This document shows, piece after piece, positions 1 to 8,475 of a DNA stretch of 64,000 nucleotides. Source of the stretch: a virus (lineage: Duplodnaviria > Heunggongvirae > Uroviricota > Caudoviricetes); the IMG/VR virus record IMGVR_UViG_2795385890_000001; one strand, given 5' to 3'. The notes beneath the pieces are model-generated. The model was given only the letters and a program-made list of their open reading frames with translations. It did no database searches and was not told the DNA's origin. A program made the position numbers and the translations under genes. How positions within the stretch are numbered: position 1 is the first letter of the stretch; each line of letters opens with the position of its first letter.

Positions 1-37
1 CAGAAGGTTAGGGGTTCGAATCCCTTCGGGCGCACCA
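1..37 (+). tRNA. 3' end of a tRNA gene (T-arm, acceptor 3' strand, CCA), cut by the window edge; probable att core
   Basis: Window begins ...GGTTCGAATCCCTTCGGGCGCACCA: canonical T-loop GGTTCGAATCC, 7-nt acceptor strand, discriminator and CCA. The 5' two-thirds of the tRNA lie outside the window. Confidence 0.55.
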
Positions 38-300
38 TAGGACCGTCATCTTCCGGCGGCTGCTCACCTTCACCCGTGGCTAGCCAACTCGCTGGCACGC
101 CGCAGGCCAACGCCCAAGCGTTGACGACGATCTTCTTCGGCACCGTCCGTCCGCTCTCGCAATTGCCAACCACCGACCGGCCGACTCCCATGAGTTCGGC
201 TAGTTGGTGCTGATCTAGTTGCGCCTCCTCGCGTGCGATCCGTAAGCGGTGTCGCAGGCGGCTCGGGGGGATATTTCCCGATTCGAATGCAGCAGTCATA
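1..300 (-). CDS. XRE-family helix-turn-helix repressor-like protein (C-terminus runs off the window, antisense to the tRNA end)
   Basis: Minus-strand ATG at 300-298 gives MTAAFESGNIPPSRLRHRLRIAREEAQLDQHQLAELMGVGRSVVGNCESGRTVPKK..., a typical XRE/Cro-CI HTH. No stop before position 1, so it is absent from the ORF track. Confidence 0.5.
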
Positions 301-301
301 T

Positions 302-326
302 TGCGCATGGTATGCGCGTACGCGCA
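302..326. promoter_or_regulatory. Operator-like palindromes (TGCGCATGGTATGCGCGTACGCGCA) in the divergent promoter region
   Basis: Perfect 14-bp palindrome TGCGCGTACGCGCA plus inverted GCGCAT/ATGCGC half-sites between the divergent HTH genes. Confidence 0.45.
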
Positions 327-425
327 CGGCCGCAAGTGGGCATAACTGCAACCATCCGCAAACCATGCTTACTTGCTAGCTAAACCCTAAATGGTTCCTA
401 TCTGCACAAATCTCAGACAAGGCAC

Positions 426-695
426 TTGCGTGCAGTTTGCGAATATGCGCAAGATAGGCGCATGCCCGCACGCCCCGATGAGTCGAGCACCACCGCCGAC
501 GAGATCACCGTCAGCAAGGCCGCCACCTTGTATGACGTCTCTAAACGGACTCTCCAGGCACTCGCCGTGTCCGGCCGCATCCCTGCACGGTTGGTCGGCA
601 AGACCTACCTGCTCGACCACCAGGCAGTCCGCCTATACGCACAGGCGCGCCAGGCCACCCGCGACCTCAACGACTACGCCCAGGCCGCGTCATGA
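426..695 (+). CDS. Excisionase/MerR-like HTH_17 DNA-binding protein (Xis- or Cro-like)
   Basis: ITVSKAATLYDVSKRTLQALAVSGRIPARLVGKTYLL matches the excisionase-family winged helix. Transcribed divergently from the XRE gene. Alternative start at 462. Confidence 0.55.
   Translation: MRAVCEYAQDRRMPARPDESSTTADEITVSKAATLYDVSKRTLQALAVSGRIPARLVGKTYLLDHQAVRLYAQARQATRDLNDYAQAAS
444..465. promoter_or_regulatory. Second operator-like inverted repeat ATGCGC-N8-GCGCAT
   Basis: TATGCGCAAGATAGGCGCATGC shares the ATGCGC half-site with the 302-326 palindromes and lies at the 5' end of the excisionase-like gene. Confidence 0.4.
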
Positions 696-1606
696 GCACC
701 GTCGCAGCCACCGCCATGTCCCCGTCGGCCGCCCGTGACCTCACCGAGCGCATCCGCACCACCATTGACCGCGCCTGGGACCTCATCGCCAAGGCATACA
801 CCGACCGCGCCTGGGCTGTCCTCGGATACCCGACCTGGGACGTCTACTGCGAACGCGAGTTCGGGTCCACCTGGTTCAAGCTGCCCCGCGACACCCGCGG
901 CGAGGTAGTGCAGTCCCTGCGCGACCTCGGCCTGTCCACGCGCGCCATCGGCTCCGCGATAGGGGTCGATGACCGCACCGTCCGCCGCGACCTGTCAGGC
1001 GCGGCATCTGCCGCACCTGCGGCTGTCATGGGCACCGACGGCAAGACGTACGCGTCTACCCAGCCTGTCCGCCCTCACCTGGCCGTCGTGCCAGACCTCC
1101 CCACAACCGAAGACCACCCGGAGACCGCCCCGATGTGCGAAGGCGGGACGGCCTCCGGGGTTCCACTGACCCCGTCGCTACTTATCTCTGGCGACGGGTA
1201 CTCAGTCGTGCACAACGCACCCGTGACCGACGGCGTAGAGCCGACCCTCACCTCGTTCGCCATGTGCCCCTGCGGTGCCCGAGCTGAGCTGTACGACAAC
1301 GCCACCCAGGAAGATCGCGAACGCTTCGACGAGTTCGACGACATCCACCGCTACTGCGACGACCCGACAGAACCTGTCGCGGCAGAACCGGAACCCGAGC
1401 CAGCGCCAGCCCCAGCGCGCCGGAAACCGATCACAGACTCCTTCGACGACGCCACCACGGCAGTCACGAAGGCGGTGAAGCGGGTAGAGGCACTGGCGGC
1501 CGACGACCGCTTCGACAAGAACGCGGACCAACTCACCCTTCGCAAGAGCGACCTGGTCCGCGCACGAGACGCGCTGCAACGCGTCATCGAGAAGTTCCCC
1601 TCGTAA
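692..1606 (+). CDS. HTH DNA-binding protein, function unknown
   Basis: ATGA overlap with upstream gene. Internal motif LGLSTRAIGSAIGVDDRTVRRDL resembles an HTH. Acidic C-terminal half. Confidence 0.45.
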   Translation: MSTVAATAMSPSAARDLTERIRTTIDRAWDLIAKAYTDRAWAVLGYPTWDVYCEREFGSTWFKLPRDTRGEVVQSLRDLGLSTRAIGSAIGVDDRTVRRDLSGAASAAPAAVMGTDGKTYASTQPVRPHLAVVPDLPTTEDHPETAPMCEGGTASGVPLTPSLLISGDGYSVVHNAPVTDGVEPTLTSFAMCPCGARAELYDNATQEDRERFDEFDDIHRYCDDPTEPVAAEPEPEPAPAPARRKPITDSFDDATTAVTKAVKRVEALAADDRFDKNADQLTLRKSDLVRARDALQRVIEKFPS

Positions 1607-1626
1607 CCACAACAAGGAGTTGCTTC

Positions 1627-2490
1627 ATGTCGAATGCTATACCGCTGCACCGGCCACCGGCCATCACGACGGACATCGAAACCATCGACGGCCCGACCGC
1701 CGACGCGTACCTCAAGTTCAATACCCACAACCGCCCCCTCAACGAGCGCAAGGTCATCCAGCTGGCCGCCGACATGGAGGCAGGTCGTTGGCAGATGAAC
1801 GGCGAGGCAATCAAATTCGATACCGAGGGCGCTCTGCTGGACGGCCAGCACCGCCTACACGCCGTCTCCTTGTGCGGTGTGTCCATCGACTCGGTCGTAG
1901 TCCGCAACCTGCCGCCCGAAACCCAGATCACCATGGATCAGGGCACCAAACGGTCACCCAGCGACCAACTCAACCTGTCCGGTATCACCGCCTCCAAGTC
2001 TGATGCGTCGGCCGTCAAGACGCTGATCATCTGGGAACGTGGCTGGTTCTACACCGACCGCGCCACAGGCTCCGTCACCAGCGCCGAAATCGTCGAATGG
2101 ACCCTCGCCAACCCCGACACCTTTGAATTGATCAGGCGCGGTACCCACTACACGCGCATCAAGGCACGCCGCGGACTCATCATGGCCGTCTACGCGGGCA
2201 TCGGACGCATCCACGGTGTCGAGGTAACGTCTGAATTCTTCCAACGCACCCTCGACGGCGTCGGCCTCCAAATCGGCTCACCAATCCTTGCACTGCGCAA
2301 CAGGTTCGACCGCGTCCGCGGCGAGGGCTTCAAGATGCCCGACGCCGAGGCCATCGGCTACTTCGTCGCCGCCTTCAACCACTGGCTATCCGACCACCAC
2401 GTGGCCCGGTTGCAGCAGCCCAAGGGAGGCTGGAACAAGACCAACTTCCCGCAGCTCGTCGGCGCACCAGCACAGGAAGTACTCCGGTGA
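1627..2490 (+). CDS. ParB-like nuclease domain protein
   Basis: ParB/Srx N-terminal domain signature (..FDTEGALLDGQHRLHAV..), common in actinophage early regions. RBS AAGGAG upstream. Confidence 0.65.
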   Translation: MSNAIPLHRPPAITTDIETIDGPTADAYLKFNTHNRPLNERKVIQLAADMEAGRWQMNGEAIKFDTEGALLDGQHRLHAVSLCGVSIDSVVVRNLPPETQITMDQGTKRSPSDQLNLSGITASKSDASAVKTLIIWERGWFYTDRATGSVTSAEIVEWTLANPDTFELIRRGTHYTRIKARRGLIMAVYAGIGRIHGVEVTSEFFQRTLDGVGLQIGSPILALRNRFDRVRGEGFKMPDAEAIGYFVAAFNHWLSDHHVARLQQPKGGWNKTNFPQLVGAPAQEVLR

Positions 2491-2586
2491 TCCGCGAGGT
2501 AGTCGTCCCCATGTTTTGGATGCTCCTGTTCGGTGCCTTCATTGGCTTCGTCCTCACGGTCAACGTCATGGCCGCCCGGTGATGGC

Positions 2587-2943
2587 ATGGCGCGCATCCA
2601 CCAACGCCCCGAGTTGCCGATGCACCTCACGGACATCACGAGCGACCAAACCGTCGCCGACGCTGCGCGCCTGCTATCTCTCGACCCGGCAATCGCAGTC
2701 GGCCGCGACCAACTATTCGACGCCATGGCCCGCGAGGAATGGATATTCCGCGGCCGTGACCACCGCTGGATCGCCTACGCCGAATCCGTAACCCTCGGCT
2801 ACCTCGCACTCCACGACGGCGGCGAATACCAAACGCCCACAGGGCAAACCAAAGAACGCCCCAAACAGATCTACCTAACCCCCAACGGCGTCGCCGAAAT
2901 GCACTACCGCCTCGGCGGCAGCCAACAACTAGCGCTCACCTGA
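2587..2943 (+). CDS. Hypothetical protein
   Basis: Protein-like ORF MARIHQRPELPMHLTDITSDQ.... The track ORF starts at 2533, but its first 18 aa are low-complexity, so the ATG at 2587 is preferred. Confidence 0.4.
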   Translation: MARIHQRPELPMHLTDITSDQTVADAARLLSLDPAIAVGRDQLFDAMAREEWIFRGRDHRWIAYAESVTLGYLALHDGGEYQTPTGQTKERPKQIYLTPNGVAEMHYRLGGSQQLALT

Positions 2944-2974
2944 TCAACCACTCACCCAGCACAAGGAGACAGCC

Positions 2975-3124
2975 ATGCCCGTACGCGAAACCAAATGGTG
3001 GCGCCGCGCCCTATTCGGTGTCCAACCGACACCGCCACCGACACCCCCAAGTCCCAACCCAATCTGGGACGAGCTGGCCGCCAAGCACGGCAGCCCCGCC
3101 GAAATCTGGGGTGCAGCAGCATGA
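2975..3124 (+). CDS. Small hypothetical protein (49 aa, Pro-rich)
   Basis: ATG after AAGGAGAC RBS. Stop overlaps the next ATG (ATGA). Below the ORF-track size cut-off. Confidence 0.3.
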   Translation: MPVRETKWWRRALFGVQPTPPPTPPSPNPIWDELAAKHGSPAEIWGAAA

Positions 3125-3735
3125 TTGAGAACACCTCGCAACGCCACCCCATCGAGCACCTAGCTGGCTGCCTGGACGGCAACACCTCCAACTACATCGA
3201 GGGCATGGAGCGGTCCGGGCAACAGCAGCTCCTCAAGTCCGACCTCCTCCCTACCGACGCTGGGCGGGTGTGGTCAGGCGAGGGCGACGCAATGCTCGGC
3301 ATCAACGGCTGGGATGTTCTGGAACAGTGGGGATTCCAACGCGGCGAAATCGTTGAGGGCGACCCGCTGTTCGTCCGCGCCACCCTCCCGGAAGGGTGGT
3401 CACGCAAGGGCAGTGAACACGCCATGCACTCAACCATTGTCGACGACCGCGGCGTTGAACGCGTCAGCGTCTTCTACAAGGCCGCCTTCTACGACCGCCG
3501 CGCCAGCATGTCCGTGATCACCGACCCCGGAGGCAATCTCGGAAGCAACGCGATCTATGGCGACGCCGCCGTGGCCCTGCCGGAGGAATGGGCGGTGCTC
3601 ACCACCGAAGAGCGCGAGGGATTCCGAGGCGCGCTCGATAGCTATCTACGGCGGGCCGAAGAGTATCCAGACATCTACGGGGACCGGGTGCCACGCGTGC
3701 ATAATCTCGTTGCGCTGGTGGAGGCCGCAGCATGA
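3121..3735 (+). CDS. Hypothetical protein
   Basis: MIENTSQRHPIEHLAGCLDGNTSNYIEG...; in-frame part of track ORF 2995..3735, ATGA coupling on both sides. Confidence 0.5.
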   Translation: MIENTSQRHPIEHLAGCLDGNTSNYIEGMERSGQQQLLKSDLLPTDAGRVWSGEGDAMLGINGWDVLEQWGFQRGEIVEGDPLFVRATLPEGWSRKGSEHAMHSTIVDDRGVERVSVFYKAAFYDRRASMSVITDPGGNLGSNAIYGDAAVALPEEWAVLTTEEREGFRGALDSYLRRAEEYPDIYGDRVPRVHNLVALVEAAA

Positions 3736-4033
3736 TGCGCCGACTTCCTACCGTCGCTATGGCTGCCGTGCTGGCGCTCGCTACCGCTGCGCCAGCATCG
3801 GCCGACCGGGTCAACGACGTCGCCAACGACATCGGCGGCGCGGTCTGCGTCATCGTCGGCGCTGACCCAACCTTCCACGGCATCAACAGCATCGGACAGG
3901 CCCTCAACCAGCGCGCGGGTTCACCGACCAGGCCGCCGGACGGGTCATCGCCCTCTCAGTGTCCGCCTACTGCCCGTGGCACCAGCCACTCATCGACCTG
4001 TACACCAAGGCATCTCGCTGGAGGTCAGCGTGA
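3732..4033 (+). pseudogene. Signal-peptide protein gene with an apparent frameshift (frame 0 for residues 1-~62, then +2 frame to TGA 4031-4033)
   Basis: N-terminus MMRRLPTVAMAAVLALATAAPASADRVNDV... is a clean signal peptide. After ~3915 frame 0 becomes P/S/T junk, while the +2 frame reads GFTDQAAGRVIALSVSAYCPWHQPLIDLYTKASRWRSA* and ends coupled to the next gene. Confidence 0.35.
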
Positions 4034-4602
4034 GCCGTGACGTGTGGGTCGTCGACCTGGAAACAACCGGACTGGACCGGAATGTCCACCTCCCTGTTGA
4101 GGTGGCGGCCGTGAACCTCAAGACCGGGCGCGAAATCCGCTTCGTGCCCTTCATTACCGGAGATGAGCTGGGCAAGGCAGACCGGGAAGCCATGCGGATC
4201 AACATGTACTACGAGCAGGGCCTGTACAAGGACCAGCTTGACCGCGACACGTCAATCCGCTGCTACCAAGACGTTTTCGAGCTGCTACAAGGGCAGACCC
4301 TGGCAGGCGCAAACCCCCGATTTGACGCCGACATGCTGCTGATCGGCTACGAGTGGCTACTCCAGCTGGAACCACGGCTACCCGGTGCCAGCACTCGCGT
4401 AGAGGCGCCATGGCATCACCGCCTTGCAGACGTATGCGCCTACGCCGCAGGCACTCTCAACATCCCACCCGACGACATACCCGGCCTCGCTGGGGTGTGC
4501 CAACTACTTGGCGTCACCAACGAGGCCGAGCACACCGCGCTGGGAGACGCCCGCGCGACCGTCGAATGCTTCCGCCGCCTCTACCCCGGGAAGGACCAAT
4601 GA
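4030..4602 (+). CDS. DnaQ-like 3'-5' exonuclease (DEDDh family)
   Basis: Exo motifs VVDLETTGL, FDADML, HTALGDARAT. GTG at 4030 preceded by GGAGGTCAGC RBS. Track ORF starts at 3976. Confidence 0.65.
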   Translation: MSRDVWVVDLETTGLDRNVHLPVEVAAVNLKTGREIRFVPFITGDELGKADREAMRINMYYEQGLYKDQLDRDTSIRCYQDVFELLQGQTLAGANPRFDADMLLIGYEWLLQLEPRLPGASTRVEAPWHHRLADVCAYAAGTLNIPPDDIPGLAGVCQLLGVTNEAEHTALGDARATVECFRRLYPGKDQ

Positions 4603-4853
4603 ACGACCCCGTCGCACGCCACAACCAACTGGTGAGCAAGAACATCGAGATCGCCACGAGCAAGTTGTCTCCCATGGAGCGGCTCCGGAAGCAAGCAGCC
4701 GCCAATTCCAACACCCTCGGGTACGCCGTCTTCCTGGGACTGCAACGACAGGCCAACACCTACGCCGGGGCAGTGCCCGCAGACGAAGTCCAGCGTCGGC
4801 GCCGCCGGAACCGCGCGGCCCGCAAGGCGCGCCGTAGGAACCGCGCGTCATGA
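4599..4853 (+). CDS. Hypothetical protein (basic C-terminus)
   Basis: MNDPVARHNQLVSKNIEIATSK... in frame with track ORF 4353..4853; ATGA overlap with exonuclease stop. Confidence 0.45.
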   Translation: MNDPVARHNQLVSKNIEIATSKLSPMERLRKQAAANSNTLGYAVFLGLQRQANTYAGAVPADEVQRRRRRNRAARKARRRNRAS

Positions 4854-5635
4854 GGAAGGAATGCACCCGGCCCAACTGCACCGAGTTGGTACAGGCCCGC
4901 GGACTGTGCCCGACTCACTACGCCAAGTACCGGCGCCTCGCTGTCTCCGACGGCCGCTGGAGCCCGCTGCACGTACCAGCGGACGACACCCGCGCCCGCG
5001 TCCTCGCCCTCATGGCGGCGGGGGTCGGCATATCCCGGATCGCGGAACTTGCCGGAGTTACCCACCGGGCCATCGACTTCCTGACCCGGGAAGACCAGCG
5101 CCTGGTGAAACGAACCACCCGCGCCGCAATCCTCGCTATCCCGGTGCCCGTGTGTCCGTTTGGGCCACAGATGGCCGCTGGCGCGCGGATAGATGCCACC
5201 GGTTCACGCCGCCGCGTTCTCGCCCTCTCCGCTGTCGGATGGTCGCAACAGCACCTCTCGGTACGCCTCGGGCTACACCCCGGCCGCCTGTCCAAGGTCG
5301 CAACCGGCGCCATCAAGAAGGTCACGGTGTCCCGCGCCCGAGAGATCGACGCCCTGTACCGCGAGTTGCAGGAAGTACCAGGTCCTTCCAATGTCGCGCG
5401 GCGCATCGCCACGCAGAGGGGATGGCCGCCGCCGGTGGCATGGGACGACACCGAAATCGACGACCCCGCCGCAACGGCCCACATCCGCGGAGGACAGGTC
5501 GTATGGATCGACCTCTACCGCGACTACCTCGACCTCGGATTGTCCAACGACCAGATAGCCGAACGCATGGGGGTCACAACGGAATCCGTCGAAGCACGGC
5601 TCAAGCGGCTACGCAAGAAGGGCATAGCGGCATGA
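4850..5635 (+). CDS. DNA-binding protein with N-terminal Cys-rich motif and C-terminal sigma-70 region-4-like HTH
   Basis: CTRPNCTELVQARGLCPTHY at the N-terminus; C-terminal LSNDQIAERMGVTTESVEARLKRLRKKG is HTH-like. Confidence 0.45.
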   Translation: MRKECTRPNCTELVQARGLCPTHYAKYRRLAVSDGRWSPLHVPADDTRARVLALMAAGVGISRIAELAGVTHRAIDFLTREDQRLVKRTTRAAILAIPVPVCPFGPQMAAGARIDATGSRRRVLALSAVGWSQQHLSVRLGLHPGRLSKVATGAIKKVTVSRAREIDALYRELQEVPGPSNVARRIATQRGWPPPVAWDDTEIDDPAATAHIRGGQVVWIDLYRDYLDLGLSNDQIAERMGVTTESVEARLKRLRKKGIAA

Positions 5636-5844
5636 CAGCACGCAAGAAGGCCAAGCCGCTACCGGGTGCCATAACCACCCAGAAACGCAACGACGGCGCC
5701 GGTTGGAGCTGGCGCTGGCTCTCCAACAAGGGCAACGTGCACTTTCACCCGGGACCGTTCCCAACCACCATCGCTGCGCGCGCCGCAGCCCGTAAGTGGG
5801 TACGAGACAAAGTGCTTCGCGAGGCCACTGGTGACGACGAATGA
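5632..5844 (+). CDS. Hypothetical small basic protein
   Basis: MTARKKAKPLPGAITTQKRNDGAGWSWRW...; ATGA coupling at both ends. Confidence 0.4.
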   Translation: MTARKKAKPLPGAITTQKRNDGAGWSWRWLSNKGNVHFHPGPFPTTIAARAAARKWVRDKVLREATGDDE

Positions 5845-6026
5845 GCGCGCGGCGACGCTGCCCAGTGTGCGGTGCAACCGTGTTCCGCACACCCAAGGGC
5901 AACGTCCTCGCACATCACGACCCACATGGCATCGCGCGCTGCCCCATGTCATACGAGAAGTTCGACCTGTGCGAGCCGTGGACCCCACGCGTCAAACACC
6001 TTTGGGAACGGCGCGCCGCAGCGTGA
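5841..6026 (+). CDS. Small zinc-ribbon protein
   Basis: CPVCGATVFRTPKGNVLAHHDPHGIARCP has a CxxC...HxxxC arrangement. Confidence 0.4.
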   Translation: MSARRRCPVCGATVFRTPKGNVLAHHDPHGIARCPMSYEKFDLCEPWTPRVKHLWERRAAA

Positions 6027-6373
6027 CAACAGACGACATCTGGGCAGAGCCGTACATATCCGAGTGGAACGAAGACCTGACCCGTGAGCACGTCAAGGGC
6101 CGGTCAATGGGCTGGTGCGAGTGGTGTGGCAAGCAGCACGGGACTGACATGCACCACCGCCGCAATCGGTCACAGGGCGGCCAGTGGCACCCCGCCAACA
6201 TCGTGCACCTGTGCCGCGACTGCCACCAGTGGGTCACCACCAACCCGGCGGACGCCGAGGCCGTCGGACTCACCCTCACCCACGGCCAGGACCTCTACGA
6301 CACCCCCATAGCGCTGCCTATGCACGACATCTATCTGCACGACAACTACCTACCGAAGGGCCGCAACGCATGA
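6023..6373 (+). CDS. HNH endonuclease
   Basis: CEWCGK...HHRRNRSQGG...NIVHLCRDCH is an HNH/zinc-finger signature. GTG start overlaps the upstream stop (GTGA). Confidence 0.65.
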   Translation: MTTDDIWAEPYISEWNEDLTREHVKGRSMGWCEWCGKQHGTDMHHRRNRSQGGQWHPANIVHLCRDCHQWVTTNPADAEAVGLTLTHGQDLYDTPIALPMHDIYLHDNYLPKGRNA

Positions 6374-7269
6374 CCGCCGCCGATACCAAGCTGATCCCCG
6401 CCGCGGACGGCATGTATGCCGGTATCCCCGACGAGGCATACCACGCCGACCGAGCCAGCCTGTCGTCATCAGGTGCACGCTCCCTGCTGTCACCGTCCTG
6501 CCCCGCGATCTTCCACCACGAGCAGCGGCAGCCACCGAAGCCGAAGAAGCAGTACGACTTCGGACACGCCGCACACAAGTACGTCCTGGGTGAGGGCAGC
6601 GACATCGCAGTCCTGGACCCCGCGGTGCACGGATTGAACAAGGACGGCACACCATCCAAGGCGCCAACACACACCGCCATGTGGCAGCAGGCCGTCGACG
6701 AGGCGCGACAGCGCGGCCAGGTACCAATGAGCGTTGACGAGGACACCAAGGCCCGGGCGATGGCGGCGAAGGTCCGTGAACACCCGCTAGCCGCCGCACT
6801 GCTGGCAGACGGCACCCCGGAGTTGTCCGGGTACTGGCACGACCCAGAAACCGGTGTCCGGCTCCGCTTCCGGCCTGACTGGCTGCCCAACCCCGGCCGC
6901 GGACGTCTCGTCGTCGTCGACTACAAAACCAGCACCAGTGCCAGCCCAGCTCACTTCGCCAAGGCCGCAGCCGAATACGGATACCACCAACAGGTGCCCT
7001 GGTACCTCGACGGACTTGCCGCCGCTGAAATCTCGGACGATGCCGCGTTCGTATTCATCGTCCAGTCGAAGGACGCCCCATATCTGGTGTCCGTCATGGA
7101 ACTTGACCCGCAGGCCGTCGACCTCGGCCGCCGCCGCAACCGCAAGGCCATCGACCTGTACGCCCGATGCGTCGCCAACGACCACTGGCCCGACTACGGC
7201 CAGGGCATCCACCCCGTATCCCTACCCAACTACGCCGTCTACAGCCAAGAAGGAGACCTAGACCAGTGA
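6370..7269 (+). CDS. PD-(D/E)xK exonuclease (RecE/Cas4-like, RecB-nuclease fold)
   Basis: Motifs ...VVVDYKTS... and FIVQSKD...Y fit RecB/Cas4-family nucleases. Lies directly upstream of the annealase, a classic RecE/RecT arrangement. Confidence 0.6.
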   Translation: MTAADTKLIPAADGMYAGIPDEAYHADRASLSSSGARSLLSPSCPAIFHHEQRQPPKPKKQYDFGHAAHKYVLGEGSDIAVLDPAVHGLNKDGTPSKAPTHTAMWQQAVDEARQRGQVPMSVDEDTKARAMAAKVREHPLAAALLADGTPELSGYWHDPETGVRLRFRPDWLPNPGRGRLVVVDYKTSTSASPAHFAKAAAEYGYHQQVPWYLDGLAAAEISDDAAFVFIVQSKDAPYLVSVMELDPQAVDLGRRRNRKAIDLYARCVANDHWPDYGQGIHPVSLPNYAVYSQEGDLDQ

Positions 7270-8471
7270 CCGTCACCGCCTACCAGCCCGTATCCGCTCC
7301 CACCCGTACCGCCACCAGCCAGGCAACGTCTGTGGAGCAGTCCCGCGCAATCGCCGAGGTGCAATCGGCCGTCATTGTCGCGCAACAGATTCCGCGCGAC
7401 CTCAACCGCGCCGAGGCAGAGATGCGGGACGCGTGCAGCCGCTTGGCCATGGCAGTCCAAGCGTTCTACCAGGTACCCAACCGCGGCACCGGCCCATCCG
7501 TCCACCTAATGCGCGAGCTGGCCCGGGTATGGGGCAACGTCCAGTACGGCGTCAACGAATTGCACCGCGACGACACCAGGGGAGAATCAGAGATCCTGGC
7601 CTGGGCGTGGGACGTCCAAACCAACACCCGAGCCACCCGCACCTTCATCGTCCCGCACGCCCGCATGGCCCGCGGTCGGCGCGAAGAGCTGACCGACCTC
7701 GGCGACATCACCAATAACAACAACAACGCTGGCGCACGCGCCGTACGCGAGTGCATCAGCGCGATCCTGCCCAAGTGGTTCACCGAGGAAGCACAAAACC
7801 GGTGCCGCGCCACCCTCGAAAACGGCGAGGGCGTCCCACTCAGTGAGCGCATCGAGAAGATGGTCACCGAGTTCCGTAAGCAGCTGGGCATCACCGAGGC
7901 CCAGATGGAAGCCCGGATCGGAAAGAAGCGCGGGGCCTGGGACGCAGGGGACGTCGCCCAGATGGGCATCACCTACACCTCCATCACCCGCGACGGTCTC
8001 GACAAAAACGAGGCATTCCCGGCCGCGGCATCGTCACTGGCCGACGAAATCACCGCAGCGGCAGCAGAGAAGAAGCAACCAGAAACGGACCCCGAGGCAT
8101 CTACGACCGGTGATCTGGCACCCGACGACCAGCGCGCTACCGAGCGCGAGGGTGCTACAGAGCCCGGGGCCGAGGAGGTCCCCGCGCCGGGCGGTGGTGA
8201 CCCCACGCCGCCGCCCGGCAGCGGCACGTCTGACGGGGACGACCCGGCAGAGGTCAACAGCTGCGGCGATTTCCTGGCCACGAAGAAGGACGTCGGCACT
8301 ATCCGCGGCCTTCTCGCCAACGCCAAGTACTCGTTCCGCACCAAGGAATCCGCTGCCGACGCACTGGCCTACCTCAAGACGGTCATCGGCAGGGACATAT
8401 CGGACATCAACGACCTGTCCGAGTCAGAAGCGGCAGCCATCATCACCGCACTCAACAATAAGGAGAACTAA
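7266..8471 (+). CDS. RecT-like single-strand annealing protein with acidic, disordered C-terminal tail
   Basis: Position after the exonuclease; RecT-family-like N-terminal region; long E/D/P-rich tail. GTG start coupled to the upstream stop. Confidence 0.5.
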   Translation: MTVTAYQPVSAPTRTATSQATSVEQSRAIAEVQSAVIVAQQIPRDLNRAEAEMRDACSRLAMAVQAFYQVPNRGTGPSVHLMRELARVWGNVQYGVNELHRDDTRGESEILAWAWDVQTNTRATRTFIVPHARMARGRREELTDLGDITNNNNNAGARAVRECISAILPKWFTEEAQNRCRATLENGEGVPLSERIEKMVTEFRKQLGITEAQMEARIGKKRGAWDAGDVAQMGITYTSITRDGLDKNEAFPAAASSLADEITAAAAEKKQPETDPEASTTGDLAPDDQRATEREGATEPGAEEVPAPGGGDPTPPPGSGTSDGDDPAEVNSCGDFLATKKDVGTIRGLLANAKYSFRTKESAADALAYLKTVIGRDISDINDLSESEAAAIITALNNKEN

Positions 8472-8475
8472 CCAA

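Noticed and set aside
3866-4040. Treating the C-terminal 40 aa of track ORF 3732..4040 as genuine coding sequence
   Set aside because: Frame 0 here is P/S/T low-complexity, whereas the +2 frame is protein-like and ends coupled to the next gene; reported instead as a probable frameshifted gene.
7714-7730. AATAACAACAACAAC run inside the RecT-like gene as a possible slippage/repeat element
   Set aside because: Short, encodes an in-frame NNNNN linker in a disordered acidic tail, with no flanking repeat structure; most likely just a low-complexity coding segment.
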